A stretch of DNA of 64,000 nucleotides from Anthoceros angustus. Taxonomy: Eukaryota > Plantae > Anthocerotophyta. Position numbers and translations under genes: made by a program. Below the pieces are notes generated by a model. That model ran no database searches. It was given only the letters and a program-made list of their open reading frames with translations, and had not been told where the DNA came from. Location of the stretch: NCBI GenBank assembly GCA_010909165.1, contig VJWM01000296.1:1-64000 (forward strand), read 5' to 3'. Positions 36,851-49,829 of the stretch are shown in pieces; position 1 is the first letter of the stretch; each line of letters starts with the position of its first letter.

Positions 36851-39740
36851 TCAGTTCAAAGGAGCCTCCGTCCATGTTGGATTTTCGGTGGCAATATATT
36901 TCCTGATGCTTTCTGGAAGCAAGTCAAAGCTATCTAATCTCCAACCTGTCATGTGCATGACAGCATTCTCCGCGAAGGGAGGGGTTGATCCAACGCGTAC
37001 CATAGTGCAATGGTTGCTGACGTCTTCGTCTGCTTTGTCCATAAAGTAGTCATAGCTTTCGTACGACTGATAGTTCCCTGCACAGAGATAACAGTTTTCA
37101 GCGGCTGCCGCTGCTTGCAAAGGGGGGATGCAAAAGACAAAAGGAGAAACCCCATACCATTCGGCGTACGAAGATTCACAAAGACTGGAGAGGTGAACGA
37201 CAGCAGTGTCGAATTCTTCAAATGCCGAAGGCTTACTACATTCCCTCTCAAAGGTACAAGCGGCTCCCCTTGTCCATTGGCTGCCTGGATTTCGACGGGA
37301 GTCAGATTCATTATGTGAACTCGAAATGTATAAGCAGCATCAAAGTCAAAATCCACCACTGCAATCACCTCGGTCAGAAGCTGACCGCCCTCCAGGGTGT
37401 AAGCCATCTTTTGGTACCGATACATCACAGGCACGACCCTTGCACCCCGATACTCTGTCAGCACCTCGTTGGAGCTCTTGTCGCGGAAAAGGTATACTTT
37501 TCTTGACACCTGGTGAAACTTGTGTGGTCCTACAACCACAGCCCTTGTGACCTCAAGACCCTCCACATGGGCGAGCACATCCCCACTGGGAAATTCGAAA
37601 AGCTCTCCAGTGCTGTACCAGAAGACAGTCCCTCCCCTTCTCCCAAGCCTAAGAGAAATCCACCTGCGCACAGCATCAAATCGTAAGCTCTCAGAAAATC
37701 CACCAACGCATACCCTCGACATGTGCAACCGGAAAAAAAAGAGTACCTCTGAAAGTTGGGTTCATCAAAGAAGTCGTTATCAACCGTCTTGAGAAGTTTG
37801 TCTCGATAGTTGACCTTGGTTTGCAACACCTCTACCTCGCGTAGCTGCTGCTCAAGCTCGTGCTGCTGTTGAACAAGGGCCTCCCTGGCTATCTCAACCT
37901 CTCTCTCCCTTGCCCCCACGCTTGACAATCTTATTTCCAGACGAGCACCCTCTTTCCTGATCCTGTCATCAGTGAGCCTTCTCTTTTCATCTTTCTCTTC
38001 TTGTAGTACACGCTGCTGCTCTCTATCCTTCTCTAGCCTCTTCTTCCATTCAGTCTCTTGAGCAGATCTCCACTTTTCTCTCTCCTCCACTAATCTTCTC
38101 TTCGCCTCCTCAAGCAGAACGGCTGTGATTTCTTCCTTATGTGCGTTTATCTTTTCGGTCCACTGAGTCTGAAGTTTCCCAATCTCCTTCGTCCTGTCTT
38201 CTTCTAGCTGCTTCTGGCACGCCAGCTGTTGGGCAAGCTTTTCTTCCTCCAACACTACTCTACTTTGTTCCCAAAGCTTGGCTTGCTCCACCTTCCTTGC
38301 CTTCGCTAACTTTGACTCAAGCTCCGTTTCCCAGGCCAGCCGCTGGTTCTCAAGCTCTTTAGCACCCTCCTGAACTTGTGCAATCAATGCTGCTTTTTCT
38401 TTCTCAGCTTCCTTGATCTTGGTTTCAAGCTCAACTATCACCCTTCCATTTCTGGCAATGTCAGCCCTCAACTCTTGCAGTTCGTCACTGAGGGCCGCAA
38501 GCCTGGCACTAGACAACGCTTCTGACTGCTGTATTGCAGCCTGCACCCTTCTGCTGGATTCAGCCTCCGCTTCTCTAAGCCTCAGGTTCTCGCCTTCCAC
38601 TTTTGCTAAAACCAGACAAACGTCCTTCAATTTTGCTTCCCTTGCAGCCCGCTCTTCTTCTATCACCTCCTTCATCCTTCTGCTCGACTGAGCCAGCAGT
38701 TCTGTCTGCTCCCGATTTTTCACTTCCAAAGTAGCAAGAACGAGCTCAAGGCCAGAAATCTTGGCCTCTGCTTCCGCCTGCGCTTGCCCTTTTTCACGAA
38801 TTTCCTGAGCCGTCTGTTCACGTAGTTGAACATAATCTGTCTCCAGTTGCGAAATAGCCTGCATCCTATCCTGTTCCGCCCTGGTCCAGTTCTCCGTCTC
38901 TGCTTCCCTATGCAACCTTAACAGTTCTCTATCCGTCTCAAGCCTTTGAATCCACTCTTTGTCAAATATCTTCAGATACACCTGTTCCAGGTTTCTCCTG
39001 TTCTCTACCAGTTCGACCTCCCTCATGTATTTGTCCCTCTCAATAGAGAGGAGGTCAGTCCACTCCTTCTGAAAAGCATCCAAATAATACTTCTGCTCTG
39101 CTATCGCCTCAATTGCGTGATCAGAAAGCTCTGGCGCATCATATGGCTTTACAAAACTCTCACTGTGCAGAATCTCAGCTACATTCCCCTCCTGCGCAAA
39201 CTCCCACTGCCTTGAATCATCCCTCTGCCTGACGGGTACATCTGACTGGACTCCCGGGATTGCTGCCCCGTCTTCCCTGCAAAGCTCTGGCTGGTTGCCC
39301 TTGCATTCAGAATCAAAAACTTCTCTGAGGGAATGCATCATCCCTTGTTCTTCAGCAACAGCAGGAGCCTGCGGCTTCATCTCGGTTCCTCCGTCCGTTT
39401 GGCACACCATCTTACTAACGCCTCCCTCTACGGCGGCTTCCACCTTCTCCGATGCAGCGCAAGCACCATTGCTGCCTTCCCGCTTCTCGGAGACTACAAG
39501 GCCTGGCTTATCACTATCTAATCCACCCACTATCTCCCGTGCAGGCAATACGCTGTCATCCTTCCTGGTTCTGTTTCGGTGCTCAGCATTCACATCTTGC
39601 GATCCCTCTCGAACTCCTCTTCTCCGGGTAACTCCTGCAGCATTGTTACCTCCTGCTGCTCCAGAACTGTGATGTTTCACAACATTGCCTAAAGAGTACC
39701 CGACGTAGGCCGCAGCAACTGCTCCCAATACACGGATCAT
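36851..39740 (-). CDS. Long coiled-coil protein with an N-terminal hydrophobic anchor, probably fused to a C-terminal DUF1838-like domain
   Basis: ORF 37530-39740 has an N-terminal hydrophobic stretch and ~400 aa of E/K/Q/R-rich heptads. A 59-nt GT..AG intron (37688-37746) would join it in frame to LRFDAVRRW..VFWYSTGELFEFPSG..EGLEVTR..SRKVYLFRD..GWRLDSFDLLPESIRKYI..P.WTEAP, which resembles DUF1838. Confidence 0.6.
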
Positions 39741-40262
39741 TTTCCCCGCTGGATTTAGCGCTCAGAAATAGCAACTTCACGCCTAAAAGAGCCAGTCCAT
39801 AGCGGGAGCCCGCGCGATGTCATTGTGAGCCAAGCTTAAGCATTGTATTGGAGTTGGATGGCGGTCCAAGCAGCCGTAGTAGAAAAGTGCCCTGCCAGCC
39901 CCATGCTCATAGACGCAGGCGGAGGGACAATGCAGGGAAACCGACGGCAGTACCATGGAGCCAAACAGGAAGCGATGAGCCTCCTTGTTTTGGGAAAGCG
40001 GAACCATGGAGATCCGAGAGCGATGCCAGCCACAAACGGATCAGAAGCAAGTGACAGGACGACAGCATCGTGCTCACGTCACTGGGCATAGTTGGCGAGA
40101 TAGAGTGGAACACGCATCTCGACAACTGGATAATACGTTCCTTTCCCTCCTGGAATTTCCTCTGAGAAACTGCTGCTAAGCTAGGCTTGGTACCAACGCG
40201 TCAGAGAATGATGTAGTCTAGGGTTAGGTTGGCCCGTGGTCAAGTGATCAGGAGGAGGTGGC

Positions 40263-41346
40263 TTGAGGGAGAGCCCGATGATTGCCCTCGCCATTACCAG
40301 GAGCTTTGGCAAGGTGTTTTTCGGGCAGGCATCTGCAAGGCTGCTGTATAACCCTGCCGTGGTTCGCAATGCAGCGGCTGGTGGAAGACGTTTTTGGGTG
40401 CCGGTACCAGTGGAAATGGGCAGGAGATCCTCCAAAATTGCCATGCGTAAGGGCGTACAGGATGCCAAAAAAGCCAAGCTGTATGGCAGGCTGGGCAAGC
40501 AGATCGTGACTGCAGTCAAGGGGGGGGGCCCCAATCCTACTGCCAACGTGGAGCTGGCTGCTTTGATCGAGAAGGCCAAGCAGTATGACATCCCCAAGGA
40601 CATCATCGAGAGGTAGGCTATGTCATATTCCTGCCTCTGCATCGACACGTGAGATTTCAACGGAGCTGCTCAAACTGTGGTTTTGGCCAATGTCCGTTGC
40701 CTTCACGTTGCCAGCCCTTCAGCCTGAGTGTATTCTTTGGTAGTATTCTCCAGCGCTTCTGCGGGCAACCGCCCTGTTTCACATGTAAGGTACTCGACGC
40801 AGGAACATCAAGAAGGCCTCAGAAAAGGGCCAGCAAGACTTTGTGGAAGTAATGTACGAGGTGTATGGGGCTGGCGGTGTGGGGATCCTGGTGGAAGTTC
40901 TGACCGACAACTCAAACAGAACCGCAGCCAATGTGAGGGACATCGTGAAGAAGGGTGGGGGCAAGATGGCAAATCCAGGGTCAGTGTTGTTCAAGTTCAA
41001 ACGGTCGGGCATAGTGTATGTGAATGCCAACGAGGTCGAGGCTGACGAAGTGCTGCTGGCCGCCATGGACGCTGGGGCAGAGGACGTCATCGATCCCTCA
41101 CCCGATGAAGCAGAGGAAGACAGCGACAAGTACTTCAGGGTTGTCACACCTGCTGAGGAGCACGCTTCCGTGCTTTCGAAGCTGAAAACTGAGGGCTTGC
41201 TGGTGGATGCCGAGAGCTCTGGTCTAGAAATGATCCCCGTGGACACAGTGACTCCCGACCCTGATGCCGCCGAGGTGAACAGCATTCTTGTCGAAAGACT
41301 GCTGGAGCTAGATGATGTGGACGCTGTGTACATAAATCAACGATAA
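40263..41346 (+). CDS. YebC/PmpR/TACO1-family protein with an organellar presequence; one intron 40613-40802
   Basis: MGRRSSKIAMRKG.QDAKKAKLYGRLGK, NPTANVEL, YEVYGAGGVGILVEVLTDNSNRT and LLELDDVDAVY. Confidence 0.95.
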
Positions 41347-42037
41347 TAGAGTTGCCGTTCGGGCAGGCTTCCCCAGGCCCAAGAGGGGGACATGGTGAGC
41401 TCCAAAGAGCTTCCAGGGAACGTGCCTCAACATTCTCTTCCCCTGCAGAAGGATGGCCGCGTATAGGCATATCCCCGCCATGCACATGCCGCAAGTGTTG
41501 CCTGTCCAGGAAACACCGCAGTGCTTGTCTATAATCTTATAAGGTGGGAAAGGAATCGAAAGCCGGCCGGTGGGCATTCTCCATTTTGTCTCCCTGCAGT
41601 AGGAATGCAATGACCTCCATCCAAAAGCACCCCTTCCAGAAAAGAAACGCTGCGTTCAGAGTCGTGACCGGTTAGGTGAACGAAGTGATAATACAGAGAC
41701 GTGCTCGTGTCGGGTTGTTGTCTGAGAGCCGCGGTGAGACGATGCCGATCGCGGTCGCTTCCGGGGACCAAAGGTCGTTGGCCATCGACTCCACTTGTCA
41801 CGGTGGTTGAGCAGGAAGTAGCAGGTTTTTGGTTGCGAGAGCAGAAAGGAAAGTATCGCCTTGTCCTCGCGGCCTTCGCCCAGCAGAGGCTCCGCTCTCG
41901 GCAATAGCGAGGAGCAGGCTGCGGCAACCCTAGCTAGCGGGGGAGCGAGCGAGCTGGCTGCTTGGGCTGAAGCTGCAGCTGTTGTGCTACTCCAGTCAGC
42001 GCTGTAGCGGAAGCAAGCGAGCACGCGAGCAGCAGCC

Positions 42038-43603
42038 ATGGCGTTGGACGCGGCCACGCTCTCCCGGATCGGGCTGGCCGGGCTGGCGGTGATGGGCCAG
42101 AATTTGGCGCTCAACATCGCGGAGAAGGGATTCCCCATCTCCGTCTACAACCGCACCAACAGCAAGGTGGACGAGACGGTGCAGCGCGCGGCGGAGGAGG
42201 GGAACCTCCCGCTCAAGGGATACCACAGCCCGGAGGAGTTCGTGCTGTCCATCCAGCGGCCCCGCTCGGTCATCCTGCTGGTGAAGGCGGGGCGGCCGGT
42301 GGACCAGACCATCGAGACCCTGGCCAGGTACCTGGAGCCGGGGGACTGCATCATCGACGGGGGCAACGAGTGGTACGAGAACACGGAGAGGCGGGCGGAG
42401 GCCGCGCAGCACAAGGGGCTGCTGTACCTGGGGATGGGGGTGAGCGGCGGGGAGGAGGGAGCTCGGCACGGCCCGTCCCTCATGCCCGGGGCACGCCGGA
42501 GGCTTACAGCTACATCGAGGATGTTGTGACCAAGATTGCTGCGCAGGTGGACGACGGGCCCTGCGTCACCTACGTGGGGCACGGCGGGGCGGGCAACTTC
42601 GTCAAGATGGTGCACAATGGCATCGAGTACGGGGACATGCAGCTCATCTCCGAGGCCTACGACGTGCTCAAGAACGTGGGGGGGCTCACCAACCAGGAGC
42701 TGCACCAGACATTCGCGGACTGGAACCGGGGCGAGCTGGAGAGCTTCCTGGTGGAGATCACCGCCGACATTTTCTCCGTCAAGGACTACAACAGCAGCGG
42801 GGAGCTGGTGGACAAGATTTTGGATAAGACGGGGATGAAGGGGACGGGAAAGTGGACGGTGCAGCAGGCAGCGGACTTGTCTGTCGCAGCGCCTACCATT
42901 GCCGCCTCCCTCGACTCCCGCTTCCTCAGCGGGCTCAAGGAGGAGAGGGTGGAGGCGGCCAGAATTTTCGCCGAAATTGGCTTGCATGATGTGGCCGCGG
43001 TCAAGAATTTGGACAAGAAGCAGCTCATCGACGACGTGCGCCAGGCGCTTTACGCCTCCAAGATCTGCAGCTATGCGCAGGGCATGAATCTCATCCGCGC
43101 CAAGAGCTTGGAGAAGGGATGGGACCTGAATCTGGGAGAGCTGGCCCGCATTTGGAAGGGCGGCTGCATCATCCGAGCCATCTTCCTGGACCGCATCAAG
43201 AAGGCGTACGATCGTAACCCCTCCTTGTCCTCGTTGTTGGTGGACCCTGAATTTGCCAAGGAAATGGTGGACAGGCAAGCAGCGTGGAGGCGGGTGGTGT
43301 CTCTTGCCATTCAAGCCGGCGTGAGCACACCAGGTAGGTGCAGCTGCTTCTCTTCCTGGTATTCATGCATGGTGTGCTAAGTCTAACCACCTCTTGTGAT
43401 ATCTATTAGGTATGAGCGCCAGCCTCGCTTATTTCGACACATACAGGAGGGCTCGCCTTCCTGCCAATCTGGTGCAAGCTCAGCGGGATTATTTTGGAGC
43501 CCACACCTACGAGCGTACTGATCTGGAAGGCAGCTTCCACACCGAGTGGTTCAAAATTGCAAGACATGCCAAGAAGCAGAACAAGGTTTTGGCCCCTCTT
43601 TGA
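42038..43603 (+). CDS. PGD: 6-phosphogluconate dehydrogenase (decarboxylating); apparent single-base frameshift at 42488-42491 and one intron (~43335-43410)
   Basis: [54 protein letters not shown] and [13 protein letters not shown]. The frame changes at ATGCCCGGGGCACG. Confidence 0.93.
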
Positions 43604-44157
43604 TTTTCGTTTAGCCTTTTCAAGACCTACAACACAAGGGAATGGGACAAGTGGGCTCTGGAAGGCGGCAGCCAATGTCGTTGGATCGATAACCATCATC
43701 AGGATGCATTCCAGGCTGGTGCCCTAGAGTTTTGAGTTTTGATGTAATCCACATTATTTACAGCATTGTACTTACATTATTTGGGAAGCTATTAGAGATA
43801 CATTGTCTGCGATACTTCACAAAGCTATGCATAGCGCATGCCATTCATGTATTTTCACTTATGGTATCTTAATTCACCATTACCACCTAACAAACGGTAG
43901 ACTTCCCACACCACCAAAGACTCGCTGCCAACTTGGGTGTATAGTTACCTGAGGTGCAGGCGCTCGAACCTTGACGTACATATTTACGAGGAACTCTGCA
44001 TTAGTCTAAGAACCAGAAATGTTTCAGCCATTTTCTGCTACAGTCTCTTGAGTTGAACTACCGGTCTCTCATTACTGAAAATCAGCTCGCGTACCGCGCT
44101 GATCGCTGACAGTTCGAGCACCAACAACTTTAGATTATCTGTCAATACCTTCTCCTG

Positions 44158-46934
44158 TCAAACATGAACTGAGTACCCTTTCCTAGACAGTAACACGGCA
44201 CAAGCACCAACAAACACCATGACCGACACACCATTTGTCAAAGGTGCCTTCGTCATTTGCACAAGGGGCTTACATATAACTCGGCCAGTGACAGCGGGGA
44301 TACACCTCACTAGAAAGTTTGCCCCACAACTCTGCTGAAAATTTTTGATAGAAAACCCCTGTCAAGAGTCAAGAGTGGCTTGGATCAGTTGTCACAGCCA
44401 CACCAACTAATAACACTTCTGAGGAGAAACAGCGACGATAAAGACTAGCTAACCTAAATACGTACCGGAGGAAGTTTCTTCCAAAAATCGAGGTGCTCCA
44501 CATGCAGCTTGACATTCGATAAGGCCGCCGCCCAAAGTGTGGGAGACGTGTCTGAATACACTTGAGAAACGATCTCAAATGCTGTTTGTGCCCCACCTTC
44601 GATCGCTTTGAGGATCTTTGTTTCCCGGCTCATTCTGTGCCTGCGCATCACACGCGTCGCTGCCATCAGTCACCTGGTAGAAGACAGCATTTGCATGGAG
44701 AAACATTTGATTGCTTTTGCCTACTTGATATAGTCATTCAGCATGTGCATCGGCCAGAAGTTGGGACGCCCATGTGCTGGCACAATAACTTTCGGATGCA
44801 GTGCAAGGAATCGGCGTGTAGTCTCAAAATAATCCTGATTAACATGAAACGTGAGGCATAAGCGGTTGAGGTAACTGCAAATTGCCGAGTTCATAAAAGC
44901 CAACTCCAGAGGCCCACTTCACCTACCTTCATGTTTCCACCCGAGTTCACATCCAAAACAGAGCTGCCCTGCCTGCGGACACAGCCCCACAACGAGTAAG
45001 CTACTGATTACAAGAACTTCAAACACTTTGCACCATAAGCTTAGGATCTTACCCCACACAGTGATCTCCAGCCACGAGACACCCAGTCGATCGATGAAAC
45101 AGTGCAAGATGGCCATCCGTGTGTCCCTGACAAGATGCAAACATACAGGTTCAGAGACCCCCTTCACTTCATCGTGCAGCCGATCACCATCAAGACTATT
45201 ACACTTAATCTTACCGGTGCCGATATTACTTCCAGTTCCTGACCAGCCACGTTCAGCTTGCTGCCTCCATTCACAGCTACACAAGTGAAGTTGTTCACAG
45301 CTGCAAAAGTACCCACTCAGAAGGTTAGCCAGTCCGACTGCGCAGGGTGCATACGGTGAATTGTCAGTCACGAACAAGGAACTTTAGCAGGCAAGAAAAG
45401 TACGCCCCAACGGCCGTACCTGCTCCCATCCGACGGAAAGTAGCCTGGTGGGCAAGGAGAACCACTTCTCTATCTTTCAATGCTGAAAGTCCTGATGCAC
45501 CAACAATTTCAGGTCGAACCGTGGTCAGACGACTTGTCACAAAGAAGAAAGCACAAAAACGCCTTACTTCCATAACAAAATGGGAGTTACCAGCGGTATG
45601 GTCGAAGTGATGATGCGTTAAGAAGACCAGCAATCGTCCTTGCAGATTGGCCACTATGTCACGCAGCTGAATTCCCACCAATGCAAGAATCAAGCCCCAG
45701 AGACCCGTCATCCAGCAAGTAAGTTGCTCTGCTGATGCTCCCATGCAGAATTTTGACTGACAGAACATGAGTTGACATCAACATACCAGTCCTCGACCAT
45801 GACCCGAGCATCCAGGATCAACAATCAAAGCACCTCCAGTTGCAGCAGCGAGTGAAGCATCACTTTCATCTCCTAAGGCAACGGTGGGAGCGAAAACCAC
45901 AAGATTGGTCTTGCTGAACGGCCTTATGGTACATGAATCCATGGGCAGGACCAAAAAGCCAGGAGGGTAATCCTGCAGACAGAAAGGACGGAAGAGCTAA
46001 CTTCAAACCACTAATACTTTCGTGCTCCCGCCAAGAAACACCCTGGCCAGCCAGCGGTCTTGACTCCCTCAAACAGCTGAGCTCAAGAGCATACCTGACC
46101 AGGCACACGAAGCGGAAACCTCAAAGATAAGCCTTCCGGAAAATGGGGAGAGAAGGCATGCGTCGCCAGCTTCCCAATGCGCATCACTTGTGTGCTTGCA
46201 TCAATAAGCAAATCCATCGCTGAACAGGAGTCCATCCACACTGCACCGCCTGCACCCGACGCCATATAACGGTAAGTCCCAAGAGGCAGGCCCCACGGCG
46301 GAAGTACAAAGCAGCAAGCGTAGGCCGCACGCCACCATACCTCGAAGCAGCTCAGGGACAGGATGAACGTCAGTCATAAATACGATCGTGTGCAGAGGAG
46401 GGGCTGGCCCAAAATCCGGCTCCTCAACCAGCTTCCAGAGTCTCCATGGTCGGACTAAAACAGCCGGAGAAGTAAGCAATACAATCTGCACTCAAGAACA
46501 CAAACAACAAACCTCCCAATAAGCTGAGCAGCAGCCTCCCGCACTCCCAAGAGGCAGCACCCAGGAACCCACGGAAGCAATTCACAGATGCCTGCCCAGA
46601 ACCAGAAGCAGCGACACTAGCCGTCCTAGGACCAGCAGAAGCAACCCACCTTACTCACAGCCTCGCCCACATCGAGGCCCCTGAGGCCGATGCTGTGCAG
46701 CGAGGTGTGCACTAGGCGCACGACGTTAGAAATTTGGTCATCCTCGCCGCCACGGAGAGCGGAGGCGTGGGGAGCCTTGAGCGGAGAGAGCGCAGCCGCC
46801 GGGAGGTCGCAGAGCTCCGTGTCCCAGAGCTCCTGGGCTTCGGGAGGCGAGGGCCTCCGCTGCGGGGTCAGCAGCAGCTCGTAATCCTCGTTCTCAGGGT
46901 CCGCATTGCGGGCAATGAGCGCCAGCTGGTACAT
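44158..46934 (-). CDS. Metallo-beta-lactamase-fold hydrolase (LACTB2/At1g25375-like), multi-exon, with a C-terminal hydrophobic tail
   Basis: Exons give MYQLALIARN, DYPPGFLVLPM..TNLVVFAP, ALIVDPGC, VFLTHHHFDH (metal motif), VIVPAHGRP and GFSIKNFQQSCG..VSVMVFVGACAVLL..*. Confidence 0.85.
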
Positions 46935-47045
46935 GGCGGCGAGCAGCGGCAGGCTCGGCAGCAGCAGCAGCGCAAGCACCAACAGCAGCCCAGCTGCCCA
47001 GACGCTCAAGCCTGCATCTCAAGCCACCCTCAACCGCCAGCTACT

Positions 47046-47070
47046 CTCTGCTCTGCTCTGCTCTGCTCTG
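47046..47070. repeat. (CTCTG)5 microsatellite in the leader of the MBL gene
   Basis: Read directly from the sequence. Confidence 0.95.
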
Positions 47071-49737
47071 CTCCTCTCCGCTCTTGCAGCCTGCATCTGG
47101 GCTTGGAAGAGGGGCAGCAATTTATGGTGGGGGCAATCACGGGACCGGGCGCCGGGCGCCGGGCACCGGGCACCGGGGACGGGGAGTGGGGCGGGGAACG
47201 GGGAGCGTGCGTTCCGGATTGTACAGGCCACCCAACTGGGGGAGGGGAATTGTACAGGGGGATGGGAACTGGGGGAGGAAGGAACGGCGTTGAGCAGGAG
47301 GCAGGAGGTGGGCTGGCAGCATTGGCTGCGCCACAGGATCGATGGGCGCGGTCACTGCATGCCGGAGACGCAGCAGAGGTTGAGCCCGGGAGCGGCGAGA
47401 GCAATGAGCACTTGGCCCCACGCAATCTGCTGTTGCTCTGCCATGGCCTGCGCTGCCATGCCCTCATGGCCTCTTTTTGACTACCCCACCCCGATGCAAG
47501 CAAACGTGACGGTCAGATTTTGTTTCCTTTCGCGTACCTTCCGCTCCAGCCTCGAGTGCCTCGCAGGCTTACTCCACCCTAGAATATTCCTTCCTCTTGT
47601 TACTTGGCGGCGGACCTAGCGTTTCGATTACCACCAACTCCTATAAATGCACTATTTCCTCATATTTTCCTCACTTTGCTACCTATTTCCTTGTATTTTT
47701 CCCCATAATGCAGTCTGATTTTTTTGAAAATTTGAACATAATGGAAATCGATAGAATATTCCTCTCCTATTTATAATCATTTTCATTCATACAACATGAC
47801 CTCACACTGACATCATCTCCTCGAGCCAAGGAAATTCATGTCTTTTATGTGTGGAGCCCCAATAATGTTGAGACTTATCCAAATCCATGTTCTATGGGTA
47901 AAGATATTATTTTTATTTCATATTAATATTTACATGTAAAGATATTTATCTATATCTATATATTAATAAGATCTTTACATATTATTCAATATTTATGTAA
48001 TAATTCATTTCTGTCTAAGTTATAAGGATGATTGTTCAATTTGAAAGTTTCAAGAGTATTTTATGAAATCATGCAAAGATGCTCTTATCCCACCAAGCAC
48101 TGTAAAAAAGGCCAGGCCCGAGAATAAAGAGAATAAACCATGTTCAATGGCTCAAAACTTGAAGTCAACGTGGGACGTGGGAAGCTTGTCACTAGGAAAT
48201 ACCATGGGAAACATAGCAAGTCTTAGTGTCTAATTGTGTCGATCATGAATAAAAGTATGAGGTGTTAATAATATTTTTAATAACATGTTACGTTATTACA
48301 TCATGATCACCAGTTGATGTCATTGTGTTGTACTTGAAAAACTTGTTAAGACAAATAGAAGTGTAACTTCTAAATGTCAAATTGCCAAAACCAAATTCTC
48401 TATTTTCTAGAGTTTTCCTTGAATTTATCGGGTGATAGATGTGAGTTCTTTAAATAAAATAATGAGTTTTTTTAAATAACTCAAAGATGTATGTTTCTTA
48501 AGATATTTCTAATATTATTGGATTTTTCTCGATATAATCAATCTCATATTTATGTAGAGATATAATTATTCACAAGTTTGAACTAGGAGAAAACATATTC
48601 TCTCTAATAATCTTGTACAAAGGAAGGAATTCGATATTTATCCTGTTTTTTAGTGAAACTAAGCAAAAACTATTAAACAAGTAGCTACTTCTTTTTGCAT
48701 CTACTCCTATTTACTCTTATTGCCCCCTGCGCTTGCATGTCCTACTCCCATTAGAGGCGGGGCCATACAATGGGCTGTTTTTATGGAGCATAGCTTTGCT
48801 TTGCTTTGCTTTCCTTTGCTTTCCTTTCCCGTGACTTCGATTCACATGGTCTTCCATGCTATTTAAAACTATTGTAGAAAAAAAGCTGGTTCGTGCACTG
48901 CACACTGCGGCGGTTCTGTGGTTTGGTGCAAGATGAGGGGCCGGGGTGTTCCGGGTGAGTGGGAGACCGAAGAAAACATGTGATGTCGGGTGGAGTGTCC
49001 GGTCCGGTGCGTTCCGTTGCGTTGCGTTCCGAGACGTGCCGTTCCGTTCCGCCCCTTCTCATAGTCATCGATCGTGGTGGTCATGGTGATCGGCATCCTC
49101 GTCCCGGGACCCGGGGTGCGAAGGAAGAAAGCATGTGACGGTCCTGTGTACCAGCACAAGTCCCACAACAGGGCAATGTGGCGAGAATGACTGGGCGACG
49201 CGTCACCGTCACCAACCCCCACTCGCGCATGAACAACAGCATGGCAGGCCTGCAGCAGACTGTCTGTGAAGGTGGGAAGAAGGCTGCAGCTGGCTGCCAA
49301 AGGGACGCTTCCCATTGGCATTTCCATTTTGCACACCAGTCTAGGAAGACTGGTGGGAAGGGACCCGGTGAGTTGTGTGCACGGTGTGCGTCGCGGCTGG
49401 ATACTGGATAATGATATTGGGAGCCTGCTGCCTGGATAATGTGAGGCATGAAAAGCTCGGGCAGGTATCGGGTAGATGGTTGAGCGAGGCCAGCGTGCGG
49501 GAAGCAACCGAGAGGACATGCGACACGAGGTGTGGTAGCGGTGAGGTGAGGTGACATAGCACCCACCATGCCAGCCATGGGCAGGCGTACGTCGAAGCGG
49601 GCAGATGAAGATTATCCGATTCCCGGCCTAGGCCTGCAAGCAAGTCCAGGTCCAGGTCCAGGTCCAGGTCCAGGTCCAGGCCCAGCAGACCAGGTGCCCA
49701 GCCCAGCCCCTCCTTGGGCATCAAGCTAGCTATGCAT

Positions 49738-49829
49738 GTACAGTAGTACTGTTATGAGCAGTGAGCAGCATGTACGTGCACTGGTAAGTACATGACTGCA
49801 GTGCAGTGTGCTGCTAACCATGTAGGTAC
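49738..49829. promoter_or_regulatory. Cluster of five GTAC cores (candidate SBP/SPL-binding or copper-response elements)
   Basis: GTAC at 49738, 49746, 49772, 49788 and 49826: five in 92 bp, against roughly 0.4 expected at random. Confidence 0.45.
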
